This document shows positions 19,401-27,291 of a stretch of 64,000 nucleotides of DNA, in pieces. Origin of the DNA: Alistipes sp. (GTDB lineage Bacteria; Bacteroidota; Bacteroidia; Bacteroidales; Rikenellaceae); NCBI GenBank assembly GCA_045633045.1, contig JAZQXV010000010.1:14592-78591 (forward strand), given 5' to 3'. A program made the translations under genes and the position numbers. Every line of letters begins with the position of its first letter. Within the stretch, counting starts at the first letter, position 1. A model generated the notes under the pieces. The model was given only the letters and a program-made list of their open reading frames with translations. It did no database searches and was not told the DNA's origin.

Positions 19401-19624
19401 ACAGCCTCTTTTGTAAGAACGTTACCGTCCTCGCTGTCCATCCATGCCCAAACGTTGAAACCCTGAAGGTTGTCAGTTGTAAGGCTAGGATCAACACGTG
19501 TTGCCTTATCAAGAGATGCAACACCGAACTCCATTGAAGCAGGGCTCTTTGAAACAAGAGTCTGCTCCTGGCTACATGCTACCAAACCTGCGATAGCAAG
19601 AACCGAAACTAGAAGCTTCTTCAT
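16412..19624 (-). CDS. Long fimbrillin: pilin plus three beta-helix-like cargo modules
   Basis: First 24 aa identical to 12958-16314; IEFEIEVIKW, then modules each opening with V.T.EEL..AL-like motifs and carrying F.NC.F repeats. Confidence 0.8.
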   Translation of the reverse strand: MKKLLVSVLAIAGLVACSQEQTLVSKSPASMEFGVASLDKATRVDPSLTTDNLQGFNVWAWMDSEDGNVLTKEAVERMGDGWGYVNTAYWLPGHNYSFAALAPMDSESWTYNIEDGDIYGKGNTIDFTNIDGTEDLIYAFNTRSTVGDAVGKDYAALDLTFNHLLSKTKFTFVNGFATNNVTLQVRDVQVKVSNKATYTVDGAKGTWGAVAGEQITLAYGDTEVIAAGDKCAVADERLTIPAAAETSYEITYTVQVWYGKEPGFEGEGLTKKTTLTGWEFVQGKAYNFVAEITPESLNLDEIEFEIEVIKWDEQDVNVGQIEDEVKFVYTIEELQDTLDAATGDTTVVLGDNLAGNVTVPELENATIAIYGNGKKFDGTFALVGGSTYGKGTTVFDGINFETAALNGYDAFIYCNEQNGNTRYPDNVTIKNCTFKGTDTAVAAKFRSLNGNLVVENCKAEGIHSMLQLLSCGEAVVLVDGAEVVNCGRGFSLQNSTNTIRNTKVVADSYGVRLEGGVATTTIEKSTIEAKQPVVVRKVTTAGYTVNIDEASVITRTGDYDVIFTEGNDDAAYVAPAVDFTFNGPADLVVFPEVVVVRTAEEIAAALKSDTQKINVKLANDIEVAISEIGTTASGDAKQMGGANTKAITIDLNDNKLNLTTTYWSVLGAKNSDAIVTIKNGTMTSSQTTGTWNSYDLSFSNCNYAFENVVFEKAIALEAANKSYNLKNVTINETHDYYAMWITAEGQNVTIDGLTVNSLGRGIKIDEQYVDAPAKVTLNIANATFKTANKAAILVKSVAGAEINVEGINISNVAKDTEFAVWVDEDAAAYADKVVVNGALVKVEGSNAQVVASNDELTTAVNNGATKVYLADGTYTLAKYPAGLELVGYGDNVVLGVQGKKYGVNGNVTIENVKLVFSNDNYTGFQHTNVESYKNCTIVGQPFLYGNDVTFEGCTFEQTSADAYNVWTYGAKAVKFVDCVFNSAGKSVLIYTESGNGQTVLFEGCKLNASAPVEGKAAIEIDSSLISGLYEITINDTTATGFANGNVSGNSLWNNKKGDKTTITVDGVKVL

Positions 19625-19691
19625 AGTTGAATAAAAATTAATTAGTTAATAAAAATTGTTTGTATATAAACTTGTTGTTTATTCGTTGTTT

Positions 19692-19785
19692 CGTCATTGC
19701 GAGGCGTTAGCCGTGGCAATCTTCCTTTGTCCATTGCGCCTTCACATAGGTAGATCCCCACGTCGCTCCGCTCCTCGGGATGACG
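19692..19785 (-). repeat. REP-like element type A, copy 3
   Basis: Reverse complement closely matches 2417-2512. Confidence 0.8.
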
Positions 19786-19845
19786 TTTTTCATCCCTGCA
19801 CCCTCGGGCGGTTGCCCACCCAAGGGTAGAGAGTATAGGGTTGTA

Positions 19846-22800
19846 TTAGTACAACTGTACACCAAAGATGATTGCGCGTGTTGCACCAGATACTGTCTCA
19901 AACTTAATCTTTGAAGACTCAGTTACACCAGTCAAGCTGATTGAGTAGTAGTCCTTATCATCTGAAGGCGTGATTGTGTATGGTGAGTTGTTAGCTGCAC
20001 CGCTGTTTGCTGTCAATGTAAGAGTCTCACCAACCTTTACGCCATCAACATATACGTTCAACTTTGAAGTCTTGCCATTCCAACCTACAGCGTAGAATGA
20101 AAGAGTCAAGTCACCAGCCTCATTAACTGCCTTAGTAGTGTAATCACCAACAACTGAGCTTGTACCAAGCTTCAAGCAGTCATATGATGTACCACCAACA
20201 TTTACCTTCTCCAAATAGTACTTACCGCCTGTGCTTGTACCACCCTTCAAGAAGTCCTCGCTTGTGTAAGTGCCCTTAGTATCTGAAGCACCAGCACTCG
20301 CCTGTGAAACATCTACAGTGCGAGAATCATTGCCATAGTTGATTGTTACAGCAGCCTCACGAGCCTCACCCTCGTTTGCCTCAACAGATACAGTAATAGT
20401 ATTGCCTGATACCTCTGCACGAACCCATGTCTCAGATGCTGATGCAGAGAGAGTTGCAGAACCATAAATAGCAACCTCAACAACCTTAGACTCAGCATCC
20501 TGTCCGAATGACAAGCTTGATGCAGACAAGTCAACGATTACAGGTGTAGAGTCAACCTCTACCATCTCATAGTATGCAGGAATGTTGCCCTTAGCAGTAG
20601 CGTAGCAACCATATGTGCCATATGCAGGATCATACTGAACGAACTTGCTTGTATCATTGTTAGTGATACCATTCTCACCTACAGACCATACATGACCCGC
20701 AGATGCAGTAGCTGCGACGTTAAAGCTATCATATGTACCGGACTGGTAAACATACTTACCATCGAACTGCTGAATAGTAAAACCACCATCAGTAGTCAAG
20801 AAACCAAATGCACATGTTGCGGGAAGTGAAATGCCCTCAGTGCGTGCAAGAGCAGTCGTAGTCTTCAAATAGCCATAGTTGCTAGTCAAGCCAGTAGCTG
20901 CCTTAGTATCATAAACAAGTGCATACCACTTACCACCCTTAATCTCTGTTGCAGGCTTAAAAATGTAGTAGCAATCAGCATCAAGAGCGATAAGTTCCTC
21001 AGGCTCAATAGTCTTCTCTGCCTCAGTAGTTGCTGTTACAACAGCAGCCTCAGAGTTAGTGTTCTTCTCTGTGTCAGCAGCGATAGCTGTTACCTCGATA
21101 ACGTATGTGCACTCGTAACCACCCTCGTATGTGAAAGTTGTCTCAGTAGTAGTGTAGTTCTCACCCTCCTCAGGAAGATTTACGAAGTACTCCTTAGCGC
21201 CCTCAACAGCATTCCATGTGAGGATAACATTGCCACCCTCAACCTCGTAGTTTACAACAGGTGTAGCAAGTGCTACGGGAGCAGCGACAACGGGCTCGTA
21301 TGTGCCCCATGTACCACCACCATTGTCCCAAGTATCCTCCTTAACGATGTACAAGTTAGTACCATCTGTAGGAACCTTAAGGTCTGCTGTCTGATTCCAC
21401 TTGTTGTTCCAATCGTTAGCTGCAGCGTTAGGATTCATACGGCAGAAGATGATGTTCTCATAACCCTCAGGAAGAGTGAACTCATAGATATTAGTCTCAC
21501 CCTCAACAAGTGTCATGTCGTACCAAACTGCACTTACACCATTACCCCACAAGTAAGCTGCGAAACGTGCGTTGTCAATATTCCAGTTTGCGTTAGGCTG
21601 GAGGTAAAGCTTAGTCTCAGTAGGCTTAACGGGCTCTACATAGTTAGTGAATGTGTTATCCTTAGTAAGCTCAACACCTGTAATGTCAGCAGTCTGCTTG
21701 CCATTGTTACCGTTGTTGAAGATAACGCTGATAGTCTTACCATTGAGCTCTGAAGAGAGTGTGTATACGAAGTACTCAACCTCGTCAATAGTCTCCTTCT
21801 CGGTCATCTCAACACCAGGCCACTCGCCAAGGATCTGTGTGTCCTCAGCATCCCAAGCATATACGAAGACCTTATCCCAACCATCTACATTCTGAAGATA
21901 GAGCTTGTGACCAGGAACGGGCTTAGCATCAGTAGTAGCCTTAACAACAGTAGGCTCAGAAGCCAAGATGTTCAAGCCATCAGCAGGAACAGCTACAACA
22001 TTGAATGTGTACTCAACAGCATAGTCGCCCTCGAATACGTAAGTAGTATCCTTAACAACCTCTGCGATGTCATCGTCAACCTGTACAGTGTAGTGATCAG
22101 CGCCCTCGATAGCATTCCACTTCAAAGTTACAACGTTCTTAGCAACAGTAGCCTCAACAGCAGGTGAAGCAAGAGCAACAGGTGCAGCAACGTCGCCGTC
22201 TTCCCATCCCTCAACCTCGACAACAGTGAACTGGATAGGCTTCATGTCCAACTCGTCGGGAGTGATAGTAGTAACGATATTGTAGCTCTTACCCTGAACA
22301 AATGCCTTATCCTTCAATGTAGTAGCCAAGTGGTATGTGTATGACTCAACATGGTTCTGATATACAACAACGTCGAATGTGATGTTGTGGCTACGTGTAT
22401 CGTCAGTAGGGATGAGCAAACGGTAATCGTCTGACTCATAGTAAGTTTTGAGCTCTGCGAACTCCTTACCACCCTCTACATCACCAAATGCTACCTTAAG
22501 AGTGCTGCCATTCTGAGGAAGGTTCCAAGACCAGTAAGGACGGTCTACAGTAACGTCGATAGAACCCTCAGCAGGTGAGTTAGTGATCTCGATGTTCTTA
22601 ACAGCAATTGTAGTAAGCTCGTTGGGGAAGTTGTACGCGAAAGAGAACTTCACACGTGACAAAAGGTGAGCAAACTGAAGCTCTACCTTATCAGGATCGC
22701 TGGGGTTAATCTCGCTAGCGTAAACAGTCTTCTCTGCGTAAAGAAGGTCAACACTACCGTCGGTGTTAGTGAATGAGATAACACCAAGACCATCCTTAGA

Positions 22801-23154
22801 CATAGTCTTAGTGTCTACAGTAACATCCTTGTGGTTAACGGGTGATACAGCACCGAAGAAGTAGTCCTTATCCTTCATCCAATACTGGAGATGGTCGTAA
22901 GTCCACTCAGTACCATTCTTATAAACGCGCTCATTGTTAAGTACGAGCTGATCCGCGGTGTCGCGGAAGCCCCATACTGCGAACTCTTCAAGTGAAGCAG
23001 TAGTTGTACTGGGGTCAGCAGCTGCACGGGTTTTGTTCTCAACAAACGAGTTGTCGAAACCAATAGCGGCAGAGTCATTACGCTTAACAGTAACGTCCTG
23101 ACTACATGCAACAAGTGCCGCAAGGGATAAAATTGCAACAAATGCCTTTTTCAT
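19846..23154 (-). CDS. Long fimbrillin: pilin, FN3-like, two CBM26-like starch-binding modules, FN3-like, BACON-like and C-terminal beta-sandwich
   Basis: LVAC lipobox, KTRAA, LQYW, LQFAHLLSRVKF; LYLQN..GWDKVFVYAWD.....GEWPG..M and LYLQPNANW....RFAAYLW....W.DM...IIFCRMNP...WNQTADL; L.WNA.EGA..Y twice. Confidence 0.75.
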   Translation of the reverse strand: MKKAFVAILSLAALVACSQDVTVKRNDSAAIGFDNSFVENKTRAAADPSTTTASLEEFAVWGFRDTADQLVLNNERVYKNGTEWTYDHLQYWMKDKDYFFGAVSPVNHKDVTVDTKTMSKDGLGVISFTNTDGSVDLLYAEKTVYASEINPSDPDKVELQFAHLLSRVKFSFAYNFPNELTTIAVKNIEITNSPAEGSIDVTVDRPYWSWNLPQNGSTLKVAFGDVEGGKEFAELKTYYESDDYRLLIPTDDTRSHNITFDVVVYQNHVESYTYHLATTLKDKAFVQGKSYNIVTTITPDELDMKPIQFTVVEVEGWEDGDVAAPVALASPAVEATVAKNVVTLKWNAIEGADHYTVQVDDDIAEVVKDTTYVFEGDYAVEYTFNVVAVPADGLNILASEPTVVKATTDAKPVPGHKLYLQNVDGWDKVFVYAWDAEDTQILGEWPGVEMTEKETIDEVEYFVYTLSSELNGKTISVIFNNGNNGKQTADITGVELTKDNTFTNYVEPVKPTETKLYLQPNANWNIDNARFAAYLWGNGVSAVWYDMTLVEGETNIYEFTLPEGYENIIFCRMNPNAAANDWNNKWNQTADLKVPTDGTNLYIVKEDTWDNGGGTWGTYEPVVAAPVALATPVVNYEVEGGNVILTWNAVEGAKEYFVNLPEEGENYTTTETTFTYEGGYECTYVIEVTAIAADTEKNTNSEAAVVTATTEAEKTIEPEELIALDADCYYIFKPATEIKGGKWYALVYDTKAATGLTSNYGYLKTTTALARTEGISLPATCAFGFLTTDGGFTIQQFDGKYVYQSGTYDSFNVAATASAGHVWSVGENGITNNDTSKFVQYDPAYGTYGCYATAKGNIPAYYEMVEVDSTPVIVDLSASSLSFGQDAESKVVEVAIYGSATLSASASETWVRAEVSGNTITVSVEANEGEAREAAVTINYGNDSRTVDVSQASAGASDTKGTYTSEDFLKGGTSTGGKYYLEKVNVGGTSYDCLKLGTSSVVGDYTTKAVNEAGDLTLSFYAVGWNGKTSKLNVYVDGVKVGETLTLTANSGAANNSPYTITPSDDKDYYSISLTGVTESSKIKFETVSGATRAIIFGVQLY

Positions 23155-23230
23155 AGTTAGTTAATTTGGTTATAGTTTATTTGTTTGTGTTTTGTCTCTT
23201 CACTCTATATATATAAATATAGGTATAACC

Positions 23231-24283
23231 CTACAATGGCAATGGAATCTCTACCTCCTCGCCCCAATCGTCAACAACAGGCTCGAAACCACCAGAACCC
23301 TGCATAGCATCCTCCTTCTTAATCTCGAGATCCTTAACAACGATAACACCACCATGGGGCTGCATCTGCACCTGATCGGTAACATCGGTATCCGCAGTCC
23401 ATTTAAGGTTATTTCTCAAACGCACCTCGAGCTTGAGGCCGTGTGTAACATCCGTACGTGTGGGATAGTTGGGGTGAGGGAATGCGGGCGTACCGAACGA
23501 CTTGACAGTAGCGCGGATATAACCCTCATCCTTAGCATCGTTGGTATATACGATATCCAAGTCGTCAAAGAGGATAGTAGCAGACTCCTCAGATGTCTCA
23601 CCAGTGTTAAGCTCAACAGATGACGCCATACCACTCAACGAGGCAACAGCAGATGATGCGTACTCTATACCGTCAACAAACTCGAAACGAATCTTGTATG
23701 TAAACACCAATGGCTGAAGCGTAATCTCGAAAGGCGTAGGATCGACAACCTTCTCGGGGAGGTAGTCCTCGACATAGTTTGCAAACAACATATCGGGAGG
23801 CGACACCGTGCGCTCGCCATCAACGGCATAAGCACTCGCCACATACTCCGCACGTGTGAGTGTACGTGTAGTAGCACGCGTAGTAGCATCAGTACCCGAA
23901 CGTGAGAAGATGATATACTCCGTATCGTTGTTATAGAAGAGCATGTCGTTGAGGCCCTCATACAAGGTTACAACACCACCATCGGGCTTAATGTTGTGGA
24001 GGTTGTTGCTTGAGCCATCCTCATTATAGTTGACTACACGAAGACCTGTAGGCTTTGTAGGACGCAACTCATCATACGCAAGAGTAAACTCATCGGGCCA
24101 ACGGTACTCCCAGTCGGTAGCCTCCTCGTAAATCTGCTCCTCCCAGTCGTAACGATAGTCGGCAATGATCTCGATATGGTAGCGGTGTGCGTGAGAACGG
24201 TGATCCTCGCACAACTCCTTATGGACGCATGATGTCGCACACGTCATAACCGCCAAAACTGCTATAATAAAGTATCTTTTCAT
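23231..24283 (-). CDS. DUF5119 lipoprotein (Mfa2-like anchor/accessory pilin candidate)
   Basis: SCVHKELCEDH N-terminus and GGFEPVVDDW C-terminus typical of DUF5119. Confidence 0.8.
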   Translation of the reverse strand: MKRYFIIAVLAVMTCATSCVHKELCEDHRSHAHRYHIEIIADYRYDWEEQIYEEATDWEYRWPDEFTLAYDELRPTKPTGLRVVNYNEDGSSNNLHNIKPDGGVVTLYEGLNDMLFYNNDTEYIIFSRSGTDATTRATTRTLTRAEYVASAYAVDGERTVSPPDMLFANYVEDYLPEKVVDPTPFEITLQPLVFTYKIRFEFVDGIEYASSAVASLSGMASSVELNTGETSEESATILFDDLDIVYTNDAKDEGYIRATVKSFGTPAFPHPNYPTRTDVTHGLKLEVRLRNNLKWTADTDVTDQVQMQPHGGVIVVKDLEIKKEDAMQGSGGFEPVVDDWGEEVEIPLPL

Positions 24284-25989
24284 CGCTTACCTCCTTTATC
24301 CTTATTGTAGTTGTCACAACCAATAAGCCATACGAGAGATATCTCGACCTTGGTAGGACCGAAATACTGACGACGCTTTGTAGCCTGCCATACGGGGTGA
24401 CCATCGACAGTCTCATACTCCTCGAACAAGCCCCAGTGATAACCACCAGCGATTGTGAAGTCGAGGTTCAAGCGCTTAGCAATAGGCAACGAGTAACCAT
24501 ACTCCAAAGCCACAATGTGGTTGGCACGGTCAACAAGGTTACCGTTAGGCATACCCGCCATGATACCTGTCTTACCAAGCTGGAAATCGTAGGTCAAAAT
24601 CTGGTAGTTCACACCGATGTGATGACCCTGCAAAGGCTTGATACGTGTAGGTTTGCCGAACCACCAACGAATTGAGGCATCAGCGCCATAGTAGCGCCAA
24701 TAGAAGCTCTTCTCCTCCTTCTTCCACCATGCGTGTGCATAGTTGGCAGCGATAGAGAAGTTCTTGCCGAGATAGAACTCAGCGCCAATGTTGGGAACAG
24801 CGGCTATATCGTAAAGCATATTGGTTTTAATACCCATGTAGAAGGGCTTGCAGGCTGGCGTTGCACCAACCTGGTTGACAACAACCTCATGCTCACTGCC
24901 ATAGCTCTCAACAAAGATGCTTGTGGCACGAGGCTCGGTAGAGGTGTTCTCAGCAACAGTATATGTGATGCCCTCGGGTGTAGATACGATAGACTCAATC
25001 CAGTCTGCAGAGCAACGTACCGCAGGAGCGACGTCATCTGCGACATTCTTCTCGAAAGTAACACTGTCGGTAGCACCCTCAGCAGGATAGTTTACAGTAG
25101 ATGAAGAGGTGAGTGTAAGTTTAGGCTCGGCGCCCTCCTGGATTACAGGTACTACATAGTCTTTGCCATAGCAGCTAACAACGAGGCTCGTCTCGCGAGG
25201 CTCTGTGCTGGGGTTGGGAGCAACAGCGAATGTCACACCCTCCTCGGTGGGCTCGACAGCCTCGACCCAGCCATCTGCAGCGACAACCGTAGGTACTACG
25301 TCGTCATCTACAGTCTTCTCGAATGGGAGTTCACCATTGCCACCTGCGGCACCGAAGCGCTGTGCATCGGTAGCGACAAGGAGCTCAGGCATTACCTCCC
25401 ACCAGAACTCGCAGCGTGCAGAGGCGTAACGCAACTGCGCAAAGAGGTTGTTGTAGATCCAACGATAAGGCACGCCACCCTTGAACTGACGAAGTGCATT
25501 GTAACGCGCCTCCACCTCCTTGCCATTCTCCATGGTAGTGGCGGGCGTGTTACGGAGCAACTCCAACACCTCATCGCGATTGGGCACATTCTCATTCTCC
25601 TCAACAAGTTTAGTGAGCAACTCCCAGTCGATACCTGTCGATTCAACAGCATAGTCGAGGTCCGCAGAGATCTCACGGCTAATCCACTTGGTAATTGCCT
25701 CGGCACGCTGCTTAGCAAGACGATCGTTCACAGCCTTGCCACCCTCGGGCGAAGCACTCGACACGATACGAATCTGGCGGAAGTGCGCCGTGCTGTCTGA
25801 ATAATAGGTCTTGACAATGTTTGCAAACTCTGTCAAGGTAGCCTTGTTATCCATGTAATTTTCGTCGAGTGTAGAGGTACCCACGCGGAAATGTACAAGC
25901 ACCGATCTCGTCTCCTCTCGATCGACCTGAGCGTGCGACACGATGGGGAAGAGCATCGATAAAACTAGCACCAATAAAAGCTTCTTCAT
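24280..25989 (-). CDS. DUF3575 outer-membrane barrel with N-terminal OmpA-like domain and two BACON-like spacers
   Basis: Start reassigned to MKKLLLVL; HFRVG..L...YMDN..L, SASPEG...N.RLA..RA; KTNMLYD...PNIG.EF...YFGPTK.EISLVW. Confidence 0.8.
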   Translation of the reverse strand: MKKLLLVLVLSMLFPIVSHAQVDREETRSVLVHFRVGTSTLDENYMDNKATLTEFANIVKTYYSDSTAHFRQIRIVSSASPEGGKAVNDRLAKQRAEAITKWISREISADLDYAVESTGIDWELLTKLVEENENVPNRDEVLELLRNTPATTMENGKEVEARYNALRQFKGGVPYRWIYNNLFAQLRYASARCEFWWEVMPELLVATDAQRFGAAGGNGELPFEKTVDDDVVPTVVAADGWVEAVEPTEEGVTFAVAPNPSTEPRETSLVVSCYGKDYVVPVIQEGAEPKLTLTSSSTVNYPAEGATDSVTFEKNVADDVAPAVRCSADWIESIVSTPEGITYTVAENTSTEPRATSIFVESYGSEHEVVVNQVGATPACKPFYMGIKTNMLYDIAAVPNIGAEFYLGKNFSIAANYAHAWWKKEEKSFYWRYYGADASIRWWFGKPTRIKPLQGHHIGVNYQILTYDFQLGKTGIMAGMPNGNLVDRANHIVALEYGYSLPIAKRLNLDFTIAGGYHWGLFEEYETVDGHPVWQATKRRQYFGPTKVEISLVWLIGCDNYNKDKGGKR

Positions 25990-26226
25990 CTCAAATATCT
26001 CTTTTTTACTTTTTTTCTTCATTTACGAGGCTCAAAACCTCTTATTTTTCAGTTAGGGGCAATAGACCCCAAAACATGAACTAACCATTCTTCCGCAGAA
26101 AAACGGTCAATCCATACTCAATTCGTCTCTTTACTACATGTAAAACAACCTTGTGTAACCTATTGGTTAACAACGTATTATCAAAGCGAGGGGGGGGGTG
26201 AACCCGCAATGCACACTTTAACATTA

Positions 26227-26257
26227 CAAAGATATAAAAATTTCCGTATTGTGCAAA
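26227..26257 (-). promoter_or_regulatory. Main promoter of the pilus locus
   Basis: TTTG-19 nt-TATCTTTG, exact Bacteroidetes -33/-7 consensus. Confidence 0.7.
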
Positions 26258-26796
26258 CAAAATCACAATAATTTTTCAGGTCATTTTTAGACGAAATAGC
26301 AGTATTTAACAATGAAAATATCCTATTTTTCCACAAAATACCGGGCAAATAGCGTAAATATAGCACAACGACATTTATACCATACAGAACATTTATTAAA
26401 CTATATTTCCATACACAAATAGACGTAAAATAGGACTTTACTACACGAAATAACCTCATTTTTGAGGCTATAAATAGCAATCAAAAGTAGCATATAAACA
26501 CAGTTACAAGAGACAAAAGAAAGACGACCAAAAGTCGTCTTGAATCATAGCATATACAAAGAGATTAAAAACCACAAAGCGGTAGAGCCGAAACGCTAAT
26601 AACGTATGGGGGGGGGTAAACTCTCTCATATCTGCTCAACCCACTCCTAATTTGAACTCACTATGCGTAGCTCTAAACGACAAACGCGCACATCGTGCGC
26701 GCTGCCTGTTTTAGGAGTTGACTCAGAGCTTGTTCATCTAGGCAAACTCCTAAAAACAACAAAGCCACTCTTCTGAGTGGCTTGTCGTTTTAAGTG

Positions 26797-26871
26797 TGGG
26801 AGCAAAGGGATTCGAACCCCTGACCCTCTGCTTGTAAGGCAGATGCTCTGAACCAGCTGAGCTATGCTCCC
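26797..26871 (-). tRNA. tRNA-Val(TAC)
   Basis: GGGAGCATAGCTCAGCTGGTTCAGAGCATCTGCCTTACAAGCAGAGGGTCAGGGGTTCGAATCCCTTTGCTCCCA. Confidence 0.97.
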
Positions 26872-27081
26872 GTCTTTTAATGCTTGGGCGCTGCAAAGGT
26901 AATCATTATTTTTTAATCTGCAAACTTTTCGATAAGTTTTTTTTCAAAGAGTCTCGTCATCTTTCGAAGCTCGACTGCGTTTACTGCTTATCGACGCCTG
27001 GCATTTCCTCCAACCATCCTATGGCCATGACCATTGCAGCTTATCGTTTGCTACCTGCATTTGTGCGACCCACGCACTTAG

Positions 27082-27155
27082 CGCCTGAACAAGGACTTGA
27101 ACCTAGGACCCCATGATTAACAGTCATGTGCTCTAACCGACTGAGCTATTCAGGC
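27082..27155 (-). tRNA. tRNA-Asn(GTT)
   Basis: GCCTGAATAGCTCAGTCGGTTAGAGCACATGACTGTTAATCATGGGGTCCTAGGTTCAAGTCCTTGTTCAGGCG. Confidence 0.97.
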
Positions 27156-27291
27156 ATTTGTTAAGAACCGTTATCTTTCGATTGCGGTGCAAAGGTAGAT
27201 ATTATTTTTTATTCTGCAAACTTTTTCGCAAAAATTTTCAAAAAAAGTTGCATTTTTCTTGAAAATCGCCCAAAAAACCTATCTTTGTAGT

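Noticed and set aside
2636-26000. Diversity-generating retroelement acting on the pilins
   Set aside because: No reverse transcriptase and no adenine-specific TR/VR pair seen in the window; kept only as a remote-target possibility.
26040-26600. Invertible promoter for the pilus operon
   Set aside because: No convincing inverted repeats flanking the promoter and no adjacent invertase.
26640-26871. Pilus locus as an island integrated at tRNA-Val
   Set aside because: No duplicated tRNA 3' end found at the other side (about 2300-2600), and the integrase at 1-198 is separated from the locus by conserved genes.
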